Assembly (NCBI GenBank): GCA_038087875.1 | Contig: JAXLNO010000335.1 | Location: 1 to 64,000, forward strand | DNA from: Malacoraja senta | Taxonomy: Eukaryota | Reading direction: 5' to 3' | Length of the DNA: 64,000 nt | Shown here: positions 1-11,350 of the stretch, piece after piece | How the letters are laid out: each line of letters opens with the position of its first letter | Numbering within the stretch: the stretch's first letter is position 1 | Made by a program: the position numbers and the translations under genes | Notes under the pieces: generated by a model | Databases searched by the model: none | What the model was told of the DNA's origin: nothing | Seen by the model: the letters and a program-made list of their open reading frames with translations, nothing else

Positions 1-95
1 CTCTCTCCAGAGATGCTGTCTGTCCCACTGAGTTATTACTATACTAAGCGATAGAACTTTATTATCCCAGGAGGGAAATTGATTTGCCAACAGTC

Positions 96-515
96 CTAAA
101 CCCCCCCACAAAATACATGAAACATGGAATTAAAGTGACGAGTGGAAAGGATTGGGGATGTGTAAAGATTGGGGGGAGGGAGGGGGTGAAGGGGATTCAG
201 TCTACCCCATGACAGAAGGGGGAGGAGTTGTACAGTTTGATAGCCACAGGGAAGAAGGATCTCCTGTGGCGATCTGTCCTGCATCTTGATGGAACCAGTC
301 TGTTGCGGAAGATGCTCCTCAGGTTGTCCAGTGTGTCATGGAGGGGGTGAGCTGTATTGTCCAGGATGCTCCGCAGTTTGAGGAGCATCCTCCAAGACCA
401 CCTCCCATCAATCCAACTCCATCCCCAGGACAGAGCCAGCCTTCCTGATGAAGAGCTTGTTGATCCTGTTGGCGTCCGCAGCCTTCGCCCTGTTACCCCA
501 GCACACGGCAGTGAA
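96..515 (-). mobile_element. Rex1/Babar-type LINE 3' fragment
   Basis: Translates to ...LRSILDNTAHPLHDTL...RLVPSRCRTDRHRRSFFPVAIKLYNSS, a typical Rex1/L2-group ORF2 C-terminus. A related copy lies at about 14485-14870. Confidence 0.65.
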
Positions 516-786
516 GAAGATGGCTCTGGGTCGGGTCAGGACCCTTCTCCAGCGTCTAAAGAAGGGTCTAGACCTGAAACGTCACCTATTCTTTTTCTCC
601 CAAGATGCTGCCTGACTCGCTGAGCTACTCCAGCACTTTGTGTCTATCTTCGGTGTAATCCAGCATCTGCAGTTCCTTCCCACACGTCCCGCCAACATTG
701 TGTACAACTGTAACATGACCTCCCAACTTCCCTGTGTAGGAAGGAATGGCAGATGCTGGTTTACACTGCGTACATGTGGCAATAAT

Positions 787-1062
787 GGGCGGCACCGTGG
801 AGCAGCGGGAAGAACTGCTGCCTTACAGCATCAGAGACCCGGGTTCGATCCTGACTACGGGTGCTGTCCGTACGGAGTTTGTACGTTCTCTCCCGTGACC
901 TGCGTGGGTTTTCTCCAGGAGCTCCGGTTACAGCTCGGTGTAATTGTAAATTGTCCCTAGTGTGTGTAGGGTGGTGTTCGTGTGCGGGGATCGCTGGTCG
1001 GCACCGGCTCGGTGGGCCGAAGGGCCTGATTCCGCGCTGTATCTCAAAACTAAACTAAACTA
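787..1062 (+). mobile_element. tRNA-derived SINE (HE1/V-SINE-like)
   Basis: A-box-like TGGAGCAGCGG, B box GGTTCGATCC, conserved core GGAGTTTGTACGTTCTC...GTGACCTGCGTGGGTTTTCTCC, CR1-like tail GGGCCGAAGGGCCTG and (AAACT)n end. Many further full or partial copies occur in the window. Confidence 0.85.
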
Positions 1063-1187
1063 AGAAAGCAATAGCAAGTGGAACTAGTATGGATAGTAGA
1101 GACACGTGGGGCCGAAGGACCTGTCTGTGACTCGTGCTGTTTCTGGTGGAGCTGCCTCTGTCTAACGTCCGCACATTCTCAATCCAG

Positions 1188-1295
1188 GTGGCCATCAAGA
1201 TCATCCCCATCTCCCAGGGACTGCAGCAACATTCCCGACGGAGACTCTCCCGTGAGATCAACGCCTTACACACCACCTACAAACACCCTAACGTG
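1188..1295 (+). CDS. TSSK5: TSSK5-like kinase exon (subdomains II-IV); first coding exon inside the window
   Basis: ccag|GTG GCC ATC AAG...AAC GTG|gtagga; VAIKIIPISQGLQQHSRRRLSREINALHTTYKHPNV, containing the VAIK lysine and the alphaC glutamate; 108 nt, phase 0/0. Confidence 0.85.
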
Positions 1296-1304
1296 GTAGG
1301 AACC

Positions 1305-1306
<2 letters not shown>

Positions 1307-1379
<73 letters not shown>

Positions 1380-1380
1380 A

Positions 1381-1417
<37 letters not shown>

Positions 1418-1438
1418 ACACCCACACACACACACACA

Positions 1439-1518
<80 letters not shown>

Positions 1519-1732
1519 ACACCCACACCCACACACGCACACACACGCACACACACGCACACACCCTCACACACACACCCACACACACGCCCACACACAC
1601 ACACACCCTCACACACCCACACACACACCCACACACACACCCACACACACCCACACCCACACACACCCACACCCACACACGCACACACACACGCACGCAC
1701 ACACACACGCACACACACACACACGCACACAC

Positions 1733-1771
<39 letters not shown>

Positions 1772-1779
1772 CACGCACA

Positions 1780-1816
<37 letters not shown>

Positions 1817-1914
1817 ACACACACCCACACCCACACCCACACCCACACAGACACCACTTACACACGCACACGCACACGCACACCACCTACAAACACCCCA
1901 ACGTGGTAGGAACC

Positions 1915-1955
<41 letters not shown>

Positions 1956-2153
1956 TCACATGCACACACGCACACACACATTCACACACATTCACACACA
2001 CATCCACACACACACACCCACACACACACACACACACACACACCCACCCACACACACCCACCCACACACACGCACACACACTCACGCACACACCCTCACG
2101 CACACACACACACGCACACAACACGCACACACACACGCACACACACACCCGCA

Positions 2154-2198
<45 letters not shown>

Positions 2199-2277
2199 AC
2201 ACACACACACATCCCCACACCCTCACACACCCACACACCCACACATCTCCACACCCTCACACACACACACACACACA
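1307..2277. repeat. Long imperfect (CA)n microsatellite
   Basis: About 1 kb of CA/CAC/CG-variant dinucleotide repeat, directly visible. Confidence 0.95.
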
Positions 2278-2764
2278 GGGGGTGGGTGAGGAAGTGGGCG
2301 AGGGGGGGGGGTGGGACGGAGGGAGGATGGGGAGCAGAAACGGAGGCAGCATGGGATTGTGGGAAGGTGGGGGGTGGAGACTGAGGGTGGGGGAAGGAGG
2401 CAAGGGGGGTTGGAAGTGCGACTGTGGGCGGGGAAGGAGGTACAGAGGGAGGGTGGGGGAGTGAGGGATATGGAGGGTGGGGGAGGGCAAGGTGGTGGTG
2501 GAGGGTGTGGGGGAGAGAGTGGGGGAGGGAGTGGAGAGAGGGAGGGACAGGGAGGGGGGTGTGGGGACACGGGAGGTGTGTGTGGGGACAGGGAGAGGGG
2601 GGGGTGTGGGGACAGGGGGGTGTGGGGACACGGGTGGTGTGTGTGGGAACAGGGAGAGGTGATGTGTGGGGACAGGGGGGTGTGGGGACACGGGTGGTGT
2701 GTGTGGGAACAGGGAGAGGGGGTGTGTGGAGACTGGCCCCTCTGTGACGCTGCCTCTCCCACAG

Positions 2765-2966
2765 ATCCAGTTGTTTGAGAGTTTCCGCTCGCCCAGCCGC
2801 CTGTATCTGGTGCTGGAGCTGGCGTCCAGGGGTGACCTGCTGGAATACATCAACCGCGGGCGGACAGGACCCGAGCCCTGGGGCTGCAGGAGGCCGAGGC
2901 CCAGCACATGTTCCAGCAGCTGGTGGGAGCTGTCAGCCACTGCCACAGCAAGCACATCGCACACAG
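2765..2966 (+). CDS. TSSK5: TSSK5-like kinase exon (subdomains IV-VIa), apparent 1-bp deletion near 2858-2860
   Basis: acag|[30 protein letters not shown], then a frameshift to [28 protein letters not shown](R)|gtac. The exon is 202 nt where splice phase requires 203. Confidence 0.82.
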
Positions 2967-2989
2967 GTACCCACAGCCCACATCCCACC

Positions 2990-3320
2990 ACAGGCCCAGC
3001 ACAGGCCCAGCACTGGACCAGCACATCCCAACACAGGGCCAGCACATCCCAGCTCAGGCCCAGCGCATCCCAACACAGGACCAGCACATCCCAGCAGAAC
3101 CCAGCACAGGACCTGTACATCCCAGCACATCCCAACACAGGGCCAGTGCAACCCAGCTCAGGACCAGCACATCCCAGCTGAACCCAGCACAGGACCAGTA
3201 CATCCCAGCAAAGGATCAGCACATCCCAGCACAGGCCCAGCACATCCCAGCACAGGCCCAGCACAGGACCAGCACATCCCAGCAGAACCCAGCATAGATC
3301 CAGATTCCAGCACATCCCTC
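2990..3320. repeat. Minisatellite, unit approx. CCAGCACATCCCAGCACAGG
   Basis: Tandem degenerate copies, directly visible. Confidence 0.9.
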
Positions 3321-3645
3321 AGCAGATCAAGAGGGCTTGTATACAAAGACAGGGATGTAATGCTGAGGCTCTATAAGGCGCTGGTCAGGCCACATTTGGA
3401 ATATTGTGAATAATTTTGGGCACCATATCTGAGGAAGGATGTGCTGGCTCTGGAGAGGGTCCAGAGGAGGTTTACAGGAATGATCCCAGGAATGAGTAGA
3501 AACGACACCCACTCCTTCTCTCCAGAGATGTTGCCTGTCCCAGCACTTTGTATCTTCCTTCTCTACCTATGGTATGTCTGTGTCTGACCCCAGGGAGTGT
3601 CTGATGGGATGGTGTCGAGGGAGCTTCACTCTGTGTCGGACCCCT

Positions 3646-4277
3646 TTCTTTCAATACTTTTATTCAATTAAACACAAATACATAGTGACATGTTCATAGA
3701 CTGCCTATATTGGCAGTTTACAATCAACCAGTTATCAAATCAAAATATTCTCATCTTTATCAACAATACACTCAACCTCCCCGCGGCGACCAGCGTTCAC
3801 GGAAAGCCTCCAAAGTCCCCGTGGACACCACATGTTCCCTCTCCAGGGACACGGACGTACTGTAGGCCCGGAAAAGGGGCAGGCAGTCGACCCTGGTGTG
3901 ACCATCGACTGCCCGCTGCCTGGACCCGCCAATGGCCATCTTGACCAGGCCCAGGAGCAGACGGGCAGGGAGATCCCTCCCTCCCGACTTTCACCCCTCT
4001 GTACCGGGTGCCCAAATATAAATAACGTTGGGCTAAAATTGAGCCAATACTTGAGGAGCAGCCTCTTCAGATAGTCGCACTGGGGCTGCAACCTCTCACA
4101 CTCCATGGAGACATGGAACATGGTCTCTTCCTCGCCGCAGAAGTGACAGGCGGCTGGCGAGTCTGTGAACCGGCTCAAGTACCTGTTACTGGCCACGCCT
4201 TTGTGCAACTCTCTCCACCCCAGGTCCCCAATGTAAAGGGAGAGGACTCCCTTATAGAGAGACCTCCACTGGGGACC
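3646..4277 (-). mobile_element. Tx1/L1-clade LINE 3' fragment
   Basis: Zinc-knuckle CHFCGEEETMFHVSMEC; highly similar to the 3' end of the long element at 38210-42987. Confidence 0.85.
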
Positions 4278-4293
4278 AACTGTGTCTGATCCT

Positions 4294-4596
4294 TTTTTTT
4301 TTTTTTTTTTTTCCCGTAAATGTTTTTTTTATTAGATTTTTAAACAAATGTACAATTTACAAGGGAGGGTAGAAAGCTCACACAATTTAAAAAACACTTA
4401 CACAAAATTATCAAATTAAAATATTAACATTTTTATCTATAATATATTCAACCTCCTGCGGTGACCAGCGTTCACAGAAGGCCTCCACAGTCCCCGTGGA
4501 CACCGCGTGTTCCCTCTCTAGGGACACGCGGGCACGGACGTAACCCCGGAAAAGGGGCAGGCAGCCGACCGCTGTGCGGCCATCGACCGCCCGCTG
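4294..4596 (-). mobile_element. Second, divergent Tx1 3' fragment with poly(A) tail and TSD
   Basis: Poly-T on + at 4293-4312; flanked by a direct repeat (CC)AACTGTGTCTGATCCT at about 4276-4293 and 4597-4614. Confidence 0.8.
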
Positions 4597-4717
4597 CCAA
4601 CTGTGTCTGATCCTGGGAGTGTGTGATGGGACAGGGCAGAGGGAGCTTCACTCTGTGTCTAACCGGGCTAATGGACAAATTCTGACTTTGACACTTAGTG
4701 TTTCAGGTCTTGGTTTG

Positions 4718-4752
<35 letters not shown>

Positions 4753-4795
4753 GATGGACTTTACTGTAACTTGTGTTGAAAACTCTTCCACACAG

Positions 4796-4851
4796 AGATC
4801 TGAAGTGTGAAAACATTCTGCTGGACGACAAGGGACACATTAAGCTGACAG
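4796..4851 (+). CDS. TSSK5: TSSK5-like kinase exon (catalytic loop)
   Basis: cacag|(R)DLKCENILLDDKGHIKLT(D)|gtgag; HRDLKCEN is the TSSK-family catalytic-loop signature; phases match both neighbouring exons. Confidence 0.92.
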
Positions 4852-5263
4852 GTGAGAGGGTTTCAACAGAGGTGATGCTACTGACTGGGAGAAAGTCTGC
4901 TGGAGGAACTCAGTGCGTCAGGCAGCATCTGTGGAGGGAACGGGCAGGCAACGTTTTGGGTCGGGACCTTTCTTCAAGACGTCATCGTGACGCAGCGGTA
5001 GAGTTGCTGCCTCACAGCGCCGGGGACCCGGGTTTGATCCCGACTATGGGCGCTTGTCTGTACGGAGTTTGTACGTTCTCCCCGTGACCTGCGTGGGTTT
5101 TCCCCGTGATCTCCAGTTTCCTCCCACACTCCAAAGACGTGCAGGTTTGCAGGTCAATTGGCTTGGTGTAAATGTAAATTGTCCCCAGTGTGTGTAGGGA
5201 TTCCACAGTGTTAATGGTGTGGACTTGATGCATCTCTAAACTAAACTAAGTTAAACTAAACAC

Positions 5264-5785
5264 AGGTAGACAAAAATGCTGGAGAAACTCAGCGGGCGAG
5301 GCAGCATCTATGGAGCGAAGGAAAAAGGCAACGTTTTGGGCCGAAACCCTTCTTCAGACTGATGTGAGGGTGGGGGGGGGGGGCAGGAAGAAGAAAGGAA
5401 AAGGTGGAACCAGTGGGCTGAGGGAGAGCTGAGAAGGGGAGGAGAAAGCAGGGACTACCTAAAATTAGGGAAGTCAATGTTCACACCGCTGGGGTGCAAA
5501 CTGCCCAAGCGAAATATGAGGTGCTACTCCTCCAGTTTCCGGTGGTCCTCACTCTGGCCATGGAGGAGGCCAGGACAGAAAGGTCGGATTCGGAATGGGA
5601 GGGGGAGTTGGTGCTGAGCCACCGGGAGATCAGGTTGGCTACTGCGGACGGAGCGGAGGTGTTGGGCGAAGCGATCGCCAAGCCTGCATTTGGTCTCACT
5701 GATGTAGAGCAGCTGACACCTAGAGCAGCGGATGCAATAGATGAGGTTGGAGGAGTTGCAGGTGAACCTCTGCCTCACCTGGAAA
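5264..5785 (-). mobile_element. Penelope-like element 3' fragment (GIY-YIG remnant plus terminal repeat)
   Basis: FQVRQRFTCNSSNLIYCIRCSRCQLLYISETKCRLGDRFAQH, followed by the hammerhead-motif terminal repeat. A similar remnant lies at about 10395-10885. Confidence 0.85.
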
Positions 5786-7270
5786 AAACTAAACCACAGT
5801 GGTTGGAGTAAGGGGGAGAAAGCTGGAAAAGAAATAGTAGTAGCAGGGCAAATTAGGAGTGAGAAATGGGTACTTGGGGAACTAGGAGAGGGCACCAGTA
5901 AATAGGGGATTAGGGGAGGGCACCAGTAAATGGGCGATTAGGGGACTTCCCCTCCCCATCTCCCGCTTATATTCCTTTGTCTAGTTTCACAATACGTCTC
6001 TTCAATCTCACACCTCTTGTCTTTTTATCTCTGACCCACCATGTGCCAATCTAACCCCCACCCCTCCCATCACCTGTATCCACCCATCACTTCCCAGAAT
6101 TTGTCGTGCCCCCACCACTCTTCTACCCGCCCACCACAAGCAGCCCGAGGAAACGTTCCCGCCTTCTCCAGAGATGTTGCCCGACCCAGTGAGTTACTCC
6201 AGCACTCCGCCCCTTTTTAAAAGAAAATCTATTCATGTTGTGACGCTGCAGGCAAAGCTGCTGCCTCTGCACCCTGAGACCCAGGTCCCATGCTGACATT
6301 GGGTGCTAATTGTGTGGAGTTTGCATGTTCTACCCTGTGACCGCGTGGCTTTCCTCCGGGTGCTCCAGGGGGTTTGAAGGTTAATCGGCCCTCTGTAAAA
6401 TGACCTCCAGTGTGTAGGGAGTGGATGGGAAAGTGGGATAACATAGAACTAGTGTGAGAGGGTGACTGATGTGGACCTGGTGGGTCGAAGGGCCTGGTTT
6501 CCATCCTGTATCTTGCTTTTAGTTTAGTGTCAGTGGAAAAGCTTTTGTTGCATGCTAATCAGTCAGCTGAAAGACAATGCATGATTACAATCGAGCCATC
6601 CAAAGTGCACAGATATGTGATAAAGGGATTAACATGAATAATGTTTAGTGCGGGATAATCCAGCAAAGTCCAATCAAAGATAGTCCGAGCATCTCCACTG
6701 AGGTAGACAGTAGTTCAATTCAATTCAATTCAATTCAACTTTAATGTCATTGCACAAATACTGAGTATGGGTACAACGAAATGCAGTTTTGCGTCAGTCC
6801 GTAGTAGTAGTGCAATATAGAAATTTTAAAAAAAAGAGGATACAGAATAATCAAAAATACAGAATAATTAACAATGGGGACGGAGGGACCGGAGGAATCT
6901 ATCGGCGGGACTCCGAGTTCAGCAATGCGATGGTATAATTGTAGAAGCTGTTCCTCATTCTACTGGTACGAGACCTGAGGCTCCTGTACCACCTCCTTAG
7001 TTCAGCACTGTTCTCTAGTTATGGTTGGGTGGTTCAGTTGCCTGATAACAGCTGGGAAGAAACTGTCCCTTAATCTGGAGGTGTGCGTTTTCACATTCAT
7101 GTACCTTTTGCCCGACGGGAATTGGCTTGGTCTTAAATGCACGTCGTCCCTAGTGTGTGTCGGGTGGTGTTAATGTGCGGGGATCGCTGGTCGGCGCGGA
7201 AGGGCCTGTTTCCGCGCTGTATCTCTGAACTGAAACGAAAGACAATTACACACTGTTGACTCTTGACTAG

Positions 7271-7400
7271 ACTTTGGGCTGGCCAGCAGAAGCAATAAGG
7301 ACAGTATGATGAGCACCTTCTGCGGCTCCATGCCCTACACCGCCCCCGAGATCCTGCAGGGGCACAGATACCGAGGGGATCACGCTGACGTCTGGAGCAT
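7271..7400 (+). CDS. TSSK5: TSSK5-like kinase exon (DFG to subdomain IX)
   Basis: ctag|(D)FGLASRSNKDSMMSTFCGSMPYTAPEILQGHRYRGDHADVWS(M)|gtaagt; contains DFG, activation-loop STFCGS, APE and DVWS; 130 nt, phase-compatible. Absent from the ORF track. Confidence 0.93.
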
Positions 7401-8253
7401 GTAAGTGTCCCCCCCCCCCCCCCACCCTCACTGGCCACGGGTCAGCCTCTGCCCCTCACCTTCCACACTGCCCCCACCACGTGCTTCCTCCCCACGTCAC
7501 AACGGCATCCACTAAACTCCCGAGTGTAGTCCAGACAAATTCTTATACCGCTGCATCGTGGCTTCCTGACTCTTCTAATCCCTGCCTTGACCGATGAAGA
7601 CAAGCATATCATACGCCTTCTTTACCCCTCTCTCTACTTGTGTGGTCACTTGCAGGGGGTTCTGGACTTGGACACCAAGATCCCTCTGTACACTGTGTCT
7701 TGTACAGTATTGCCACTTTCAGGGAGTTCTGGACTCCAGTGAGTGTCATTAATTGTATATTTCCCCCTCACATTCAGCCTCCCAAAGTGCGACACCTCAC
7801 ACATGCCTGACCTGCTGAGTTCCTCCTGCCCTTGCGGCACGTGTCGAAAGGAACTGCAGATGCTGGTTTAAACCGAAGATAGACACAAAAACCTGGAGTA
7901 ACTCAGCGGGACAGGCAGCATCTCTCTGCAGGGAAGGAACGGGTGACGTTTTGGGTCGAGACCCTTCTTCGGACATCGTGGGGGTTGATGAGACCAGCTC
8001 CCCTGACGGTCAGTGGTAAGTCGATGGGCCGAAGGGCCTGTTGACAGCCTGTATGAATTCATGGGTGTGAGGAGAGCGCAGGAGAAATGGGCTTCCCAGC
8101 GAGTCAATGGGCTGAATGGCCTTCCTTGCAATCCGGGGTGAGCTCTCTCCCCCTCCCCCCTTCCTCGCACTGCTTAAGGCCATGTTGCCGGCCAGCCTCA
8201 TGGCTCTGAGTAGTGGGCATTGCTTCAACTGTGGATCGCTCTCTCCCACACAG

Positions 8254-8369
8254 GGGCATCATTCTCTATGCCATGGTGGCCGGGAAACTCCCCTTCAACG
8301 AGTTGCAGCCGTGCAAACTGCTGGAGGCTATCAAAGGTGGCATGTTCTTCCACGACCGCCTCTCACTGG
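8254..8369 (+). CDS. TSSK5: TSSK5-like kinase exon (subdomains IX-X)
   Basis: cacag|(M)GIILYAMVAGKLPFNELQPCKLLEAIKGGMFFHDRLSL|gtaagt; 116 nt. Confidence 0.9.
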
Positions 8370-8375
8370 GTAAGT

Positions 8376-9004
8376 CTAATTGAGTACAGACGTTGGGAGG
8401 CCATGTTGCAGTTGTATTGAGTACAGAAGTTGGGAGGTCATGTTGCAGTTGTATAAGACGTTGGCGGGGCCGCATTTAGAGTATTGCGTTCAGTTCTTGG
8501 AAACCATGTTATAGAAAAGATGCTGTCAAGCTGGAAAGGGTACAGAGAAGATTTACGAGGATGTTGCCAGGACTAGAGGGTGTGAGCTTTAGGGAGAGGT
8601 TGAGTAGGCTGGGTCTCTATTCCATGGAGCGCAGGAGGATGAGGGGTGATCTTATAGAAGTGTATAAAATCATGAGAGGAATAGATCAGGTAGACGCACG
8701 GAGTCTCTTGCCCAGAGTAGGGGAATCGAGGACCAGAGGACCTAGGTTTAAGGTGAAGGGGAAAAGATTTAACAGGAATCTGAGGGGTAACTTTTTCATA
8801 CAAAGGGCGGTGAGTGTATGGAACAAGCTGCCAGAGAAGGTGGTTGAGGCTGGGACTATCCCAACGTTTAAGAAACAGTTAGACAGGTACATGGATAGGA
8901 CATGTGTGGAGGGATATGGACCAAGCGCAGGCAGCTGGGACTAGTTTTGCTGGGACATGTTGCCCTGTGTGGGCAAGCTGGGGCAAAGGGCCTGTTTCCA
9001 CACT
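8376..9004 (+). mobile_element. CR1 LINE 3' fragment
   Basis: RLGLYSMERRRMRGDLIEVYKIMRG...FFIQRAVSVWNKLP, a CR1 ORF2 C-terminus. Confidence 0.88.
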
Positions 9005-9487
9005 ATCATCATCGGCGGTCACTCGAGACGAGTATGACTGTCCTCTCCTCTCCATATGGTCGTCTACTTGTGGGTCTGCAGATGTCTGTAGAGGCCGATC
9101 CGCGATCCACACACCCTGGTGCAATGTGGGCAGTGGAGACTGGCGGTGGTTGGTAGTCGTCGAGCCCCCTTCTCTCTCTGCTTACGGTGCTGTCGCTTTG
9201 TCTCTGCGACACGGCGTAGTTCCATTTTGTGACGTGCAGTTCCTTCCCGCACGGATTCCTCCAGGAGCGCCTGTCCCGTGCAATGTGCTCCCAGTTGCTC
9301 GATGTGATGTGGAATTTCTTCAGACTGTTCTTGATGTTGTCCTTGAAGCGTTTCTTTGGCCCTCCAGGGGCTCGCTGACCTTCCTTCAATTGAGAGTACA
9401 GGATTTGTTCAGGGAGACGTGTGTTAGACATGCAGATGACATGGCCAGTCCATTGAAGTTGGTGCTGCATTATTGTGGGGGTGATGT
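9005..9487 (-). mobile_element. RTE (BovB-like) LINE 3' fragment with 16-bp TSD
   Basis: LQWTGHV...RLPEQILYSQL...GGPKKRFKDNIK and CPHCTRVCGSRIGLYRH; (GAT)n tail; GGCCTGTTTCCACACT duplicated at 8989-9004 and 9488-9503. Confidence 0.85.
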
Positions 9488-11173
9488 GGCCTGTTTCCAC
9501 ACTGTATCACGCTGTGACCTTAAGTCCATCCTGACCGCCCTCCCTCACCTCCAGCAGAGTGGAAGATCACGGTGGTGCAGCGGGTAGAGCTGCTGCCTTA
9601 CAGCACCAGAGACCTGGGTTTGATCCGACTCCCTAGAAACGTCACATATTGAGTCTGAAGGAGGGCCCTGACCCAAAGCTTCACCAATTCCTTTTCTCCA
9701 GAGATGCAGCCTGACCCGCTGAGTTACTCCAGCTTTTTATGTCTATCTACAGTATTTATCGAATATAGCTCTGCCTTCAACACCATAATCCCATTTTAAC
9801 TCCTCTCGAAACTCCGAGACTTAGGAATCAGCTTCCCCAAAACCTAAACATAAGGAACTTATAATTTTTGGTTCATTATTGCCACATGTACCGTGGTACA
9901 GTGAAAAGCTTTGTTTTGCATGTTATTCGATCAGATCGGATAAACTATACATAAATGCACAAACTCTTGTACAATATTATCCAACGTATGTACAATAGGT
10001 AGAGCAATGGGGAAGATACAGGGTGCAGAATATAGTTCTCAGCATTGTAGCGCATCAAAGTCCAATGTCCGCAATGGAGTAGAGGTGAATCACAGACAAA
10101 GTCCAATGTCCGCAATGGAGTAGAGGTGAATCAGACAGTACCCTAGTTGATGGAAGGACCGTTCAGAAGCCTGATAACAGAGGGGAAGAAACTGTTCCTG
10201 AGACTGGTGGTGGGCGCTTTCCAGCTTCTGTACCTTCTGCCAAACATGAGCAGGGAGAAGAAGGAATGACCGGGGTGGGACAAGTCATTGATTATGTTGG
10301 CTGCTTTCCCGAGGCAGCTTGAAGTCTAGATGGAGTCAATGGTGGGGATTCCGGTCTGTGTGAAGGACTGGGCTATATCCACAACTCTCCATTTAAGAAA
10401 GAACTGCAGATGCTGGAAAAATCGAAGGTAGACAAAAAGCTGGAGTAACTCAGCGGGTGAGGCAGCATCTATGGAGAGAAGGAATGGGCGACGTTTCGGG
10501 TCGAGACCCTTCTTCAGACTGATGTGGGAGTGGGGGTGGGGGGCGGGAAGAAGAATGGAAGAGGCGGAGACAGTGGGCTGTGGAAGAGCTGGGAAGGGGA
10601 GGGGAAAGAGGGAGAAAGCAAGGACTACCTGAAATTGGAGGTCAATGTTCATACCGCTGGGGTGTAAACTACCCAATTTGTGGTGGGCCTCACTCTGGCC
10701 ATGGAGGAGGCCCAGGACAGAAAGGTCGGATTCGGGATGGGAGGGGGAATTGAAGTGCTGAGCCACCGGGAGATCAGGTTGGTTATTGCGAACTGAGCGG
10801 AGGTGTTGGGTGAAGTGATCGCCAAGCCTGCGCTTGGTCTCACCGATGTAGAACAGTTGACACCTAGAGCAGTGGATGCAATAGTCGCCACATAAAGGGC
10901 GCTGACAGTTACAAAGTACCCCTGCCAGATCCTCCTTTATTCTCCCCCCCCCCCCGCCACGGGGGGTCCGCCATTGTTCTCCCCTTCCCCCCCCCTCATC
11001 TTATGGCGGTTCCCCCACGGATATCATAGAACTAGTGTGAACGGGTAAATGCTGGTTGACGGACTGGGTGGGCTGAAGGGCCTGTTTCGGTGCTGTATCT
11101 CTGAGCCGACTCCAACACTCTCAACATTCCCCAAGTGGGAGTCTGAGCTGTTTCCTTTCCTCCCGTGCCCAAG

Positions 11174-11350
11174 CCTGCCAGGATCTCATCAATAAGATGC
11201 TCCAGTGGAAGCCTTCATCCCGCCTGGTCCTCAGTGACATCCTGGCCCACCCCTGGATGTTCCCGGCTGCCACCATCCTCTTCCAGAAGGTCAGGCTCCT
11301 CTCGGCTCGGACTCCGCAGAAGAAACTAGAGAAAGAGGTGGCGGACAAAG
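11174..11350 (+). CDS. TSSK5: TSSK5-like kinase exon (subdomain XI and start of tail)
   Basis: ccaag|(A)CQDLINKMLQWKPSSRLVLSDILAHPWMFPAATILFQKVRLLSARTPQKKLEKEVADK|gttagc; contains the subdomain XI Arg and HPW; 177 nt. Confidence 0.85.

Noticed and set aside
1134..2384. 416-aa His/Thr-rich ORF and the antisense Cys/Val ORFs
   Set aside because: These are translations of the (CA)n microsatellite; only 1188-1295 is a real exon.
2990..3320. Regularly spaced repeats suggestive of a CRISPR array (also 42996-43582 and 47693-47790)
   Set aside because: No unique spacers and no cas genes; the context is eukaryotic. These are ordinary minisatellites.
2257..3413. Several long overlapping ORFs with periodic motifs
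   Set aside because: They arise from stop-poor minisatellites flanking the kinase exon.
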